This document shows, piece by piece, positions 1 through 6,432 of a stretch of 20,000 nt of DNA. The DNA is from an uncultured virus (IMG/VR IMGVR_UViG_3300025646_000023) (taxonomy: Duplodnaviria; Heunggongvirae; Uroviricota; Caudoviricetes). Numbering within the stretch: position 1 is the stretch's first letter; the number at the start of each line of letters is the position of its first letter. The notes beneath the pieces were generated by a model. It was not told where the DNA came from and did no database searches. It saw nothing but the letters and a program-made list of their open reading frames with translations. The position numbers were made by a program, and so were the translations under genes. Location: the IMG/VR virus record IMGVR_UViG_3300025646_000023; one strand, 5' to 3'.

Positions 1-261
1 AGCGACCTTTGGAATGTTGTTATCGGGTGTAATTGGCGATTGAAGTAAGGTATTTTCGCCAAAATGGCGGATAGAAATGGGTTGATCGTAAACAGTATCG
101 GCTTGAAAGCCCTGTACTTCATCAAAACCCTTGAATTTACCAAATCCCCGGTTGAAATCATACACTTCAGGGGCTAACCGGGCCTTTTCCTGTGGAGTTG
201 TAGGGTATGGATTGCCAGTTGCCTGCGCCCAAAGCGCATAATCCTGCGGAGATACAGGCAT
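1..261 (-). CDS. 5' part of a hypothetical phage protein (MPVSPQDYALWAQATGNPYPTTPQEKARLAPEVYDF...), runs off the window
   Basis: ATG at 261-259 on the minus strand; open for 87 codons to position 1; divergent from the early gene array. Not in the ORF track because it is truncated. Confidence 0.7.
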   Translation of the reverse strand, partial: MPVSPQDYALWAQATGNPYPTTPQEKARLAPEVYDFNRGFGKFKGFDEVQGFQADTVYDQPISIRHFGENTLLQSPITPDNNIPKVA

Positions 262-441
262 TTTTATAAATTTATCTAGATATAACTGATTTTAGGTGCA
301 ATCAATACAGTATTTACGCCAGGAGTGATCCCCTAACCGGCTTAAAAAGCTGGCTTTTGGGGTGGTAATCGCTGGAGACATCAAGCTAGCTGTGCTAGCA
401 GAAGCGTGACGAAAGAAAAAAAAGAAACCTGTGATAATGTT

Positions 442-863
442 CGCTCCCTTCGGTCGCTAAGTGTGGAGTTTGATGCTCCCTACGGTCGCAAAGTGTGAGA
501 GTAAGAGAAAGATTCTGTATGAAATGTTGTATTAAATATTGTATTTTATGCGAAGGATGAGCGCTCCCTCCGGTCGCTATAAACCGGTGGACAGTTACAA
601 CATCGTACACTCTAACTGTCGAACAGTTTACAGTCTCTTTTTACCTTTTTTTACTCACTCATCCCCGCTTTCTCACCCTATTTCCCCTAGATCCACTGCG
701 CCGCAACGCTTCTCAACCTCATTTCGACCAGGAGTTTTGTGCGGTTTTGGGGCTGCGAAAATTTCCAAATGTGGAAAACTTGACGGGTTTTCCAAACTTA
801 TTGAATTGAATACTCTTTTAATAGGGATTTCAGCTGCAGCAAGTACCGCTTCCTTCGGTCGCT
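442..863 (-). repeat. Four dispersed 15-nt repeats GCTYCCTNCGGTCGC (minus strand GC-GA-CC-GNA-GG-RA-GC) at 443-457, 475-489, 563-577, 848-862
   Basis: Read directly: gctcccttcggtcgc, gctccctacggtcgc, gctccctccggtcgc, gcttccttcggtcgc. Confidence 0.9.
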
Positions 864-942
864 TTTCTGCTTAATCCTGAAGAGAAAGTTCTTTTAATTT
901 TTGCCTCCAGTGGAGTTGGGCACCACACAGTTGGATTAAACC

Positions 943-1095
943 ATGTCGGTTTATGTCGTGATGCTTGGTGATCTGTATCAGGATCACTTTATTGGTGTGT
1001 TTAACACCAGGTTAGCAGCTGAACGTTATGTTCAGATGCAAGATTCAGAAGAAGGAGAACAGTTCTTTATAACAGAATCTCTTGTCCAAAGCTGA
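943..1095 (+). CDS. small hypothetical early protein, 50 aa (MSVYVVMLGDLYQDHFIGVFNTRLAAERYVQMQ...)
   Basis: ATG 943 to TGA 1095, translated by hand; 'IGVF.T...A..Y' pattern typical of small phage proteins; first gene of the + strand array. Confidence 0.7.
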   Translation: MSVYVVMLGDLYQDHFIGVFNTRLAAERYVQMQDSEEGEQFFITESLVQS

Positions 1096-1157
1096 TCCGT
1101 TAAAGCGGGAGAGGAGGTGCAATCCCTCCTCCAGTTATTGCCTGCACTTCAGCAGGC
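1090..1157 (+). ncRNA. candidate structured RNA element: three-way junction with T-loop-like hairpin, followed by a GC hairpin
   Basis: AGCUG(1090-94)/CAGUU(1132-36) closes CCGU-UAAA-GCGG and GAGGAGG-UGCAAUC-CCUCCUC; then GCCUGC-ACUUCA-GCAGGC (1140-57). Confidence 0.55.
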
Positions 1158-1177
1158 TTTGCACACACCACTCTGTC

Positions 1178-1357
1178 ATGAAACAAGACACTGCTGTTGT
1201 TGTTATTCTCTGGGCGATTAGCCTAGTGAGCTTTACACACATTGTAATTGATCAGATTGATATTGCTACGACTAAACAATGCCAAGCACATGATTGGCCT
1301 GTAGAAGACAATCAGAGGCACCGTGATTGGTGCATCGCTAATGGGTACCAGCTCTGA
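1178..1357 (+). CDS. small membrane-anchored hypothetical protein, 59 aa (MKQDTAVVVILWAISL...HDWP...WCIANGY)
   Basis: Internal ATG of track ORF 1082..1357, placed just after a TTTGCACAC leader; N-terminal hydrophobic helix, two Cys. Confidence 0.7.
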   Translation: MKQDTAVVVILWAISLVSFTHIVIDQIDIATTKQCQAHDWPVEDNQRHRDWCIANGYQL

Positions 1358-1428
1358 GCTGTGATGCCCTTACAGCCTCATCTGATTGCCTCTCTCAACG
1401 TTTACCGTCACTTCCACCACTGTTTAAC

Positions 1429-1650
1429 ATGTCACTTCTCAACAACATCCTCAAAGTCACTTTCGTTGGAGCTGCTGTTGTCGGCAGCACTGTCGCTTAT
1501 GCTCGTCTCAGTGATGAGCAGAAGGATAAAGTTCAACAAGGTATGAATAAGCTACGCCGCAAAGTAGCTGACTTCATTACTCCAGATGATGGAGTTTATA
1601 CCTTACCGAAAGAGATCGAAGAAGAGCTCAATGCTCTGATCACCGAGTGA
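1429..1650 (+). CDS. hypothetical protein with N-terminal TM helix, 73 aa
   Basis: ORF track; hydrophobic VTFVGAAVVGSTVAYA; fits gene tiling. Confidence 0.75.
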   Translation: MSLLNNILKVTFVGAAVVGSTVAYARLSDEQKDKVQQGMNKLRRKVADFITPDDGVYTLPKEIEEELNALITE

Positions 1651-1700
1651 TGGTCACCCGAAGGGAAGCTTGCTTCCTTTCCTGTGATCTTCATGATCAC
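1649..1700 (+). promoter_or_regulatory. putative RNase III-type processing hairpin A
   Basis: Lower stem GGUCAC(1652-57)/GUGAUC(1684-89), upper stem AAGGGAAG-CUUG-CUUCCUUU; alternative 3' hairpin GUGAUC/GAUCAC(1695-1700). Confidence 0.6.
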
Positions 1701-1720
1701 ATCATTCCTACTTTCACACC

Positions 1721-1945
1721 ATGGAATCTTTCATCTACGCCAAGGACAACGATGGTTATCTCGTCACCATTCGCGGTGACTTTGCAGAGATGACCAAGGT
1801 TGACCTGGATCGACATGTCTCCAAGTACATTCGCTTGGAGGCTCCTGTAGAGCATATCCGCTCCTCTGTCAAGAAACTCATTAGCCAGGGATACAAACTG
1901 AGTAATCAGTTGGAACTAAGCTGGCAGCATTTCATTGACGCATAG
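1721..1945 (+). CDS. hypothetical protein, 74 aa
   Basis: ORF track; TTTCACACC-ATG leader; its stop codon lies in stem II of the hammerhead. Confidence 0.75.
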   Translation: MESFIYAKDNDGYLVTIRGDFAEMTKVDLDRHVSKYIRLEAPVEHIRSSVKKLISQGYKLSNQLELSWQHFIDA

Positions 1946-2015
1946 AACGAAACCAGGGGGCAGCCACCGCTCCCTCTGGTCGCTCCCTGACATGGGGAGC
2001 CTGATGAGTTCCTGC
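1940..2015 (+). ncRNA. type II hammerhead self-cleaving ribozyme; predicted cleavage after GUC, at C1981
   Basis: Stem II GAAC(1945-48)/GUUC(2008-11); GAAA 1949-52; stem III ACCAGGGGG(1952-60)/CCCUCUGGU(1972-80); C17 at 1981; stem I GCUCCC(1982-87)/GGGAGC(1995-2000); CUGAUGA 2001-07. All core nucleotides canonical; intergenic. Confidence 0.9.
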
Positions 2016-2021
2016 TTTGCC

Positions 2022-2276
2022 ATGAAGAACACCCGCATGTTCAGCGTTATCGACGCCCATCGTGAATGCTTTCCTGCATACATCGCAGTGATGTTAGGCA
2101 CCAGCCTTGGTTTCCTTGGCTGTATAGGCCTTAACAAAGCAATTAACCACAGAGTATTAGCAACTTGTAACCGCAACTTACATCAAGTTGTGTCTATTAA
2201 AACAGTCGTAGGTGATAGCTACGGCTGTGTATCTCGGATGGTTGTAAGTGGGCCTTCCGCTTCGCTTAAACCATGA
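2022..2276 (+). CDS. hypothetical membrane protein, 84 aa (MKNTRMFSV...)
   Basis: Internal ATG of track ORF 1935..2276, just downstream of the ribozyme; TM segment YIAVMLGTSLGFLGCIGL. Confidence 0.7.
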   Translation: MKNTRMFSVIDAHRECFPAYIAVMLGTSLGFLGCIGLNKAINHRVLATCNRNLHQVVSIKTVVGDSYGCVSRMVVSGPSASLKP

Positions 2277-2335
2277 GAAAGATTTTATTTGATTCATTGA
2301 TGTTAACCATCATTTTCCTGTTCTTTTGTCTCTAA

Positions 2336-2608
2336 ATGGAAGACCTAATGTATGCCCACGATGACGTGTGGCTTCTTCTCCACTGCCTTCCGACAATGCG
2401 CTATGCAAAGGAGGAAGATACAGAAACTTGGAGAAAGTTTCAAGAACTAGTATCCGATGAGACTGCCAACGGCTATTCACCTCATTGGAACGTGGAGTTT
2501 ACCCTCACCAAGATGGCAAACGACATTGGTTCTTACAAATTACTTCTGAACATCTGGCTCCAGGTGGATGAAGTAATGACTGATCTTCTCAATCCAATTG
2601 ACAAATGA
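2336..2608 (+). CDS. hypothetical protein, 90 aa
   Basis: ORF track; ATGA overlap with the next gene. Confidence 0.75.
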   Translation: MEDLMYAHDDVWLLLHCLPTMRYAKEEDTETWRKFQELVSDETANGYSPHWNVEFTLTKMANDIGSYKLLLNIWLQVDEVMTDLLNPIDK

Positions 2609-2847
2609 ATTACACCTTCTATCTACCAGGCGTCAACAAGCTGACTGGCCTTAGCCAGGAGGATTGGGACTTCCTGTCTGAGCGTGCAAAGGAGAACAAT
2701 GTTCTACCTGCAACGCTTGCCGCCAGGATCATTTCTAATGAGCTGGCACAATGGCGTGATGAGATCCATTACGCCAACATCATGGAGGAAGAACAAGCTA
2801 ATCGAGAGATGAAACTTGAGAAGCTTGTTGAGGAATCCATGCAGTGA
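2605..2847 (+). CDS. hypothetical protein, possible ribbon-helix-helix-like DNA binder, 80 aa
   Basis: ORF track; 'LSQEDWDFLSERAKENNVLPATLAARII' resembles the two RHH helices (inference). Confidence 0.7.
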   Translation: MNYTFYLPGVNKLTGLSQEDWDFLSERAKENNVLPATLAARIISNELAQWRDEIHYANIMEEEQANREMKLEKLVEESMQ

Positions 2848-2899
2848 TTTCTGCACTTTCCCATCAGCAATGATGGGTTTCTGCAGGATTCATTCCTGC
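2845..2899 (+). promoter_or_regulatory. putative RNase III-type processing hairpin B
   Basis: Lower stem UUCUGCA(2849-55)/UGCAGGA(2882-88), upper stem CCCAUCA-GCAA-UGAUGGG; alternative hairpin GCAGGA/UCCUGC(2894-99). Confidence 0.6.
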
Positions 2900-2925
2900 T
2901 TTGTACACCTACCTTGACATTCACC

Positions 2926-3354
2926 ATGTCTAGCTTCAATAACGGCACCATCATCGGCACCATCGTCTCTGACATTGTGGTGAAGAATCCTACCGATTCA
3001 CTTTCCGTGACTGAGTTCCGTATTGCACCTTCCAATGCGAAGGATGATGACTCTCCGATCCCTGTCGTTGCTTACAACGGCGTGGGTGAGCGCATCAGCC
3101 AGCGCATGAACAAAGGTGACACTGTTGGTCTGGAGTATCGCCTCCGCTACAACACTTGGCAGGACCAGGAGGGCAATCCTCGTGGTCGTATGGAAGTTGT
3201 TGTGACCAGCTGTGACATGTTACGCCTTGGCAAGATCTCCACAGCACAGCGCACTGCTGAAGCTGCTGGTGTCATCGAAGCCAACGGTGGACTGAAGAAG
3301 CAAGTGGCACCTGGTTATAGCCAGGAACCTACTGCTGAAGTAGTTCCTTTCTGA
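2926..3354 (+). CDS. ssb: single-stranded DNA-binding protein (bacterial-type OB fold)
   Basis: N..IIG start, 'KGDTVGLEYRLRYNTWQDQEGNPRGRMEVVV' SSB signature, C-terminal ...EVVPF tip. Confidence 0.9.
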   Translation: MSSFNNGTIIGTIVSDIVVKNPTDSLSVTEFRIAPSNAKDDDSPIPVVAYNGVGERISQRMNKGDTVGLEYRLRYNTWQDQEGNPRGRMEVVVTSCDMLRLGKISTAQRTAEAAGVIEANGGLKKQVAPGYSQEPTAEVVPF

Positions 3355-3355
3355 A

Positions 3356-3410
3356 CTGACTCTTACACTAAGGGGCTACGGCCCTTTTCTGTAGGACTTA
3401 GCTTCCTACA
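3356..3410 (+). promoter_or_regulatory. putative RNase III-type processing hairpin C
   Basis: Lower stem UCUUACA(3361-67)/UGUAGGA(3390-96), upper stem AAGGGGC-UACG-GCCCUUU; alternative hairpin UGUAGGA/UCCUACA(3404-10). Confidence 0.6.
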
Positions 3411-3433
3411 TCACCTCAGCTTCTTAATGAAGA

Positions 3434-3703
3434 ATGAAACGATTACTTTTACTTATACCTCTACTGGTTTTATCGGCCCTCCCGGCACACGCACAGTGGG
3501 CAACCACCTGTACACGTGATCCGTACTCATCCGTCAACCTACGCAATGGTCCATCGAAGAACAATCGCATGATTGCTTCCATCCCGAACGATTCTTACAT
3601 CCGCACCCTTGATTGGGTGTGGGGCAGTGACGGTCTTCGTTGGTATCGCGTTGAATTCAACGGTCTTGTGGGTTGGATGCGTAGTGATTACCTCTGCCGA
3701 TGA
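3434..3703 (+). CDS. secreted SH3b (bacterial SH3) domain protein
   Basis: Sec signal peptide MKRLLLL...PAHA; 'VNLRNGPS', 'WYRVEFNGLVGWMRSDYL' SH3_3 signature. Confidence 0.88.
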   Translation: MKRLLLLIPLLVLSALPAHAQWATTCTRDPYSSVNLRNGPSKNNRMIASIPNDSYIRTLDWVWGSDGLRWYRVEFNGLVGWMRSDYLCR

Positions 3704-4104
3704 GACGCAACCTTCTCCTTATTGGTGCAGGCTTAGCTGCTTTCCTCGTTGCTGGCGTTGCCATGTCATTAATCCAGATGACAGTCAGCGCTTTAGTTCC
3801 TGGTCGTAGTGATGATCCTCCAGGCAAAGTTGAAACGCCTGTCGATCAACCTACAAAGACCACTCAGGACCAGCAGAGCAGCACAACAACAGCTGAGAAT
3901 GTATCATCTGATACAAATACTCAGCAACAGATGCCTGCTCCCACTCCTCCGCCACCTGTTGATGTGATTCAAGAGGGGGCTAACGACTTCCCGCAGCCGC
4001 AACCGATGCCACAGCCGCCGCCTCCAGTGCGCGGTCCTGGCAACTTTAATGCGCCGCAGCCTTACTACCAACCTTCTGGTCCCGCTGGGCCAGGCAACCT
4101 GTAA
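3700..4104 (+). CDS. membrane-anchored Pro/Gln/Thr-rich low-complexity protein
   Basis: N-terminal TM helix; PPPP/PQPQP tracts; two GPGN repeats at the C terminus; ATGA-coupled to the SH3 gene. Confidence 0.8.
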   Translation: MRRNLLLIGAGLAAFLVAGVAMSLIQMTVSALVPGRSDDPPGKVETPVDQPTKTTQDQQSSTTTAENVSSDTNTQQQMPAPTPPPPVDVIQEGANDFPQPQPMPQPPPPVRGPGNFNAPQPYYQPSGPAGPGNL

Positions 4105-4106
4105 TC

Positions 4107-4850
4107 ATGAAACTTCCAATGATTGCTTTTATCTCCACGGCTCTGGGCATTACTGCTGCTGTTGGCGTTAGCTCTGTCACTCAGATGATCTCTGATCACA
4201 AGCAGCAGGAGCAACAGATCCGCTCATACATGTATGCACAACCACTGGCACAAGCAACGGGTGATCCCACCAAAGTTGTCCCGCCAGGTGCACTACCACT
4301 GGATGCAACACCTGAGCCAGGTTCAACTCCAGAGCCAGGCTCAGCAAGACCATGGATTCAACTCAAGCTTGATTCCTTGGTACCTCGTGCTATTGCACGG
4401 CCCTCTGCTTATCTTGTACTGAAACGTACAGACAAGACCATCAAGAGCACCAAAGATCCAGTATGGACCTTGGAATTAGTCTCCAGTGATGGTCAAGTCC
4501 TAGATCAACTTCCTGCATTAGTAGGACGTTCCTATCGGCAGACTGCAAACCGCAACACAGCAGGTAACAAATCGCCACTACCCATTGGTAACTATGCGAT
4601 TGACCGCTACGGCATTGCAGCTGCACCTTTCGATGATCCGGAACTCGGTAAAGGTTACTGGGTTCCGGTCACTCCACTCTTTAATACCAACCGATCTGCC
4701 CTTGGCTTTCACCAGGATCCATCCTGGGGTAAGAACAATGGCGAATCAGGTACTTCAGGTTGCATTGGACTGGAATCTGCAGACGCAACTGTAAAGCTTG
4801 TGACGTGGATTAAACAGTTCAATGTTCAACGACTTAATGTTCAATCCTGA
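4107..4850 (+). CDS. membrane-anchored L,D-transpeptidase family (YkuD-like) protein
   Basis: N-terminal TM, PEPGS x2 linker, 'PLPIGNY', catalytic-type 'LGFHQD...GTSGCIGL' (H...GC) motif. Confidence 0.8.
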   Translation: MKLPMIAFISTALGITAAVGVSSVTQMISDHKQQEQQIRSYMYAQPLAQATGDPTKVVPPGALPLDATPEPGSTPEPGSARPWIQLKLDSLVPRAIARPSAYLVLKRTDKTIKSTKDPVWTLELVSSDGQVLDQLPALVGRSYRQTANRNTAGNKSPLPIGNYAIDRYGIAAAPFDDPELGKGYWVPVTPLFNTNRSALGFHQDPSWGKNNGESGTSGCIGLESADATVKLVTWIKQFNVQRLNVQS

Positions 4851-4877
4851 CTACTTTGAACCTTCAACTTACTGATC

Positions 4878-5255
4878 ATGAAACCTCAATCAATCCAAGA
4901 CCTCCACCCTGTGGAACTCTTTATTCTTGGAATCCTTTTCATCTTTGCAACCATCTTCAACCTATGCACACCCTCACCTGCTGGCAAGAAGAAACTCCAA
5001 TCGAACGTACAGAACGATTCGGTTACTGGTATGACAGATACAGTGATCTCGAAGGAGAGCCCAAGACGATCACGGTCCACGAAGTCTGGGACTCGTACGG
5101 TGGCCCAGAAGAAGGTGGATGGACCTACGAGTGTGGCTACCCCATCGAAACCATCTGCATCTTCTCGCGCGCGCAAGCCATCAGGGTTCTCCACGAACTC
5201 CACGAGAAGTACGACGGTGAAGACTACGAAGAGAAAACTTACGACATCAATTTAG
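4878..5255 (+). CDS. possible overlapping gene: TM anchor plus basic Ser/Thr-rich tail, 125 aa
   Basis: ATG 27 nt after the previous stop; TM segment LFILGILFIFATIFNL; overlaps 4964..5305 in another frame. Confidence 0.45.
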   Translation: MKPQSIQDLHPVELFILGILFIFATIFNLCTPSPAGKKKLQSNVQNDSVTGMTDTVISKESPRRSRSTKSGTRTVAQKKVDGPTSVATPSKPSASSRARKPSGFSTNSTRSTTVKTTKRKLTTSI

Positions 5256-5305
5256 GTCAAGGTTATGCGGACTTTTATCCGCAAATCAGACCACACTATG
5301 AGTAA
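4964..5305 (+). CDS. hypothetical acidic phage protein, 113 aa (...YGGPEEGGWTYECG...PHYE)
   Basis: Internal ATG of track ORF 4856..5305; globular composition with a YGGPEEGGW motif I recall from phage hypothetical proteins. Confidence 0.8.
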   Translation: MHTLTCWQEETPIERTERFGYWYDRYSDLEGEPKTITVHEVWDSYGGPEEGGWTYECGYPIETICIFSRAQAIRVLHELHEKYDGEDYEEKTYDINLGQGYADFYPQIRPHYE

Positions 5306-5375
5306 GTTGGACTTTACATTTTCTTAATGGTTCCAACTTACTCTTTACTTCCTTCCTGCTTCCGCTACCATCACC

Positions 5376-5624
5376 ATGTCTTCTAAGGTCTTTCCGCTCC
5401 AGGGGGAACACATGCCACTTGCTAGTGATAGTGATTCATTTGGTGACCTCCTCTTCTTCTCTCCCACTTTTGGCTGGACAACAGCAAAGTTTGAAGATAC
5501 AGAAGAGATGATCAAGGAACACAAATGTACCCACTGGACATGGACACCAGAAGCTCCAGCTCAGTACGACGATATGGACAGCACACGGACTGAACTACTT
5601 CGTAATACAGGCTGGATTAAATAG
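5376..5624 (+). CDS. hypothetical protein, 82 aa
   Basis: ORF track; CACC-ATG leader; 'THWTWTPEAP' resembles the DUF551-type THW.PLP.PP ending. Confidence 0.75.
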   Translation: MSSKVFPLQGEHMPLASDSDSFGDLLFFSPTFGWTTAKFEDTEEMIKEHKCTHWTWTPEAPAQYDDMDSTRTELLRNTGWIK

Positions 5625-5639
5625 AGAAGAAGTAATTAA

Positions 5640-5789
5640 CTACTTCTTGAGTACATATGAACTAGCGGACGTGAGGTTTTCTTTCCTTGCGTCCGCTTCA
5701 TCTTGACGAATTGCATACCAAGTCTGCTTCCCACTGCGAATGGCAGTAGCCTTTGCCTTGGCAAGATACGTCACCAGTGCTCCTTGCAT
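5640..5789 (-). CDS. possible antisense small protein, 49 aa (MQGALVTYLAKAKATAIRSGKQTWYAIRQDEADARKENLTSASSYVLKK)
   Basis: Minus-strand ATG at 5789 with AGGAGG 5 nt upstream and a TATAAA box further upstream; fills the 5625-5868 gap. Confidence 0.4.
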   Translation of the reverse strand: MQGALVTYLAKAKATAIRSGKQTWYAIRQDEADARKENLTSASSYVLKK

Positions 5790-5868
5790 GACTTCCTCCT
5801 GGGATCTGTATTCATTTATACAGTAACAGAAGGTCCGAGGTATGCGTAGTTCACATTGCTACCAAACA

Positions 5869-6036
5869 ATGTCCGACTTTCACAGTCCCTTCATGGGTTG
5901 GATCGTTCCTCACCCCTGGCAAGAACCAGAGGAACATGAGGACAATGATCTTCTGGGTGATGGCTTCATCACCTATGACATGATCCCAGAAGACAATAGT
6001 GATTATGACGACGAGGGAGAATTCACCCTCCGTTAA
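5869..6036 (+). CDS. small acidic hypothetical protein, 55 aa
   Basis: Internal ATG of track ORF 5842..6036; very D/E-rich. Confidence 0.6.
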   Translation: MSDFHSPFMGWIVPHPWQEPEEHEDNDLLGDGFITYDMIPEDNSDYDDEGEFTLR

Positions 6037-6070
6037 ATCACCACCAAACCTTCCGCTTTTGCACATCACC

Positions 6071-6367
6071 ATGTCTTACAACATCCTTGAGATCAATGAC
6101 TTCCATAGCCTGATCTACGCCATGGAAAAGAGAGTTAAGCAACTCCTCATTGATGATCAGAGAAAGCCTGAATGGAAGGCTGAACCGTACTGGTCTATGG
6201 AGATCATCGAAGATGAGATCCTGCCAGCACTGGAGAAGTACCTTGCAGTCTGGGATGACGATCCGACTCCTCAGTATCTGTACGACAACGATGGAGGTGA
6301 GCCTCCCATCAGTGCAGCGGAGCGTCACCAGGCTGCATGGAAGCAGCATCAAGAGATGCACTCCTGA
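6071..6367 (+). CDS. hypothetical phage protein, 98 aa (...DPTPQYLYDNDGGEPPISAAERHQAAW...)
   Basis: Internal ATG of track ORF 5999..6367 after a TTTGCACAT leader. Confidence 0.8.
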   Translation: MSYNILEINDFHSLIYAMEKRVKQLLIDDQRKPEWKAEPYWSMEIIEDEILPALEKYLAVWDDDPTPQYLYDNDGGEPPISAAERHQAAWKQHQEMHS

Positions 6368-6383
6368 CTTCCGTCTAAACAAC

Positions 6384-6422
6384 AAGGGTGCTAGTACACA
6401 TCTACTAGTGCCCTTTCCTTTT
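6384..6422 (+). terminator. 13-bp hairpin with pyrimidine tail (terminator or processing site)
   Basis: AAGGGUGCUAGUA(6384-96)/UACUAGUGCCCUU(6403-15) followed by UCCUUUU. Confidence 0.55.
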
Positions 6423-6432
6423 CCTCAACACC

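Noticed and set aside
442..863. CRISPR mini-array interpretation of the 15-nt repeats
   Set aside because: Repeats are too short and irregularly spaced (32, 88, 285 nt), and no cas genes are present.
395..874. Track ORFs 395..610 (-) and 539..874 (+)
   Set aside because: They cross the repeat and low-complexity control region and have atypical composition; probably spurious.
856..900. GGTC...CTGAAGA-GAAA as a second hammerhead
   Set aside because: No stem II between CUGAAGA and GAAA, and stem I cannot pair.
1100..1140. Cobalamin riboswitch or twister-sister ribozyme at the GGTGCAATCCC hairpin
   Set aside because: B12 box and twister-sister GCA/GCUCA internal-loop nucleotides are absent.
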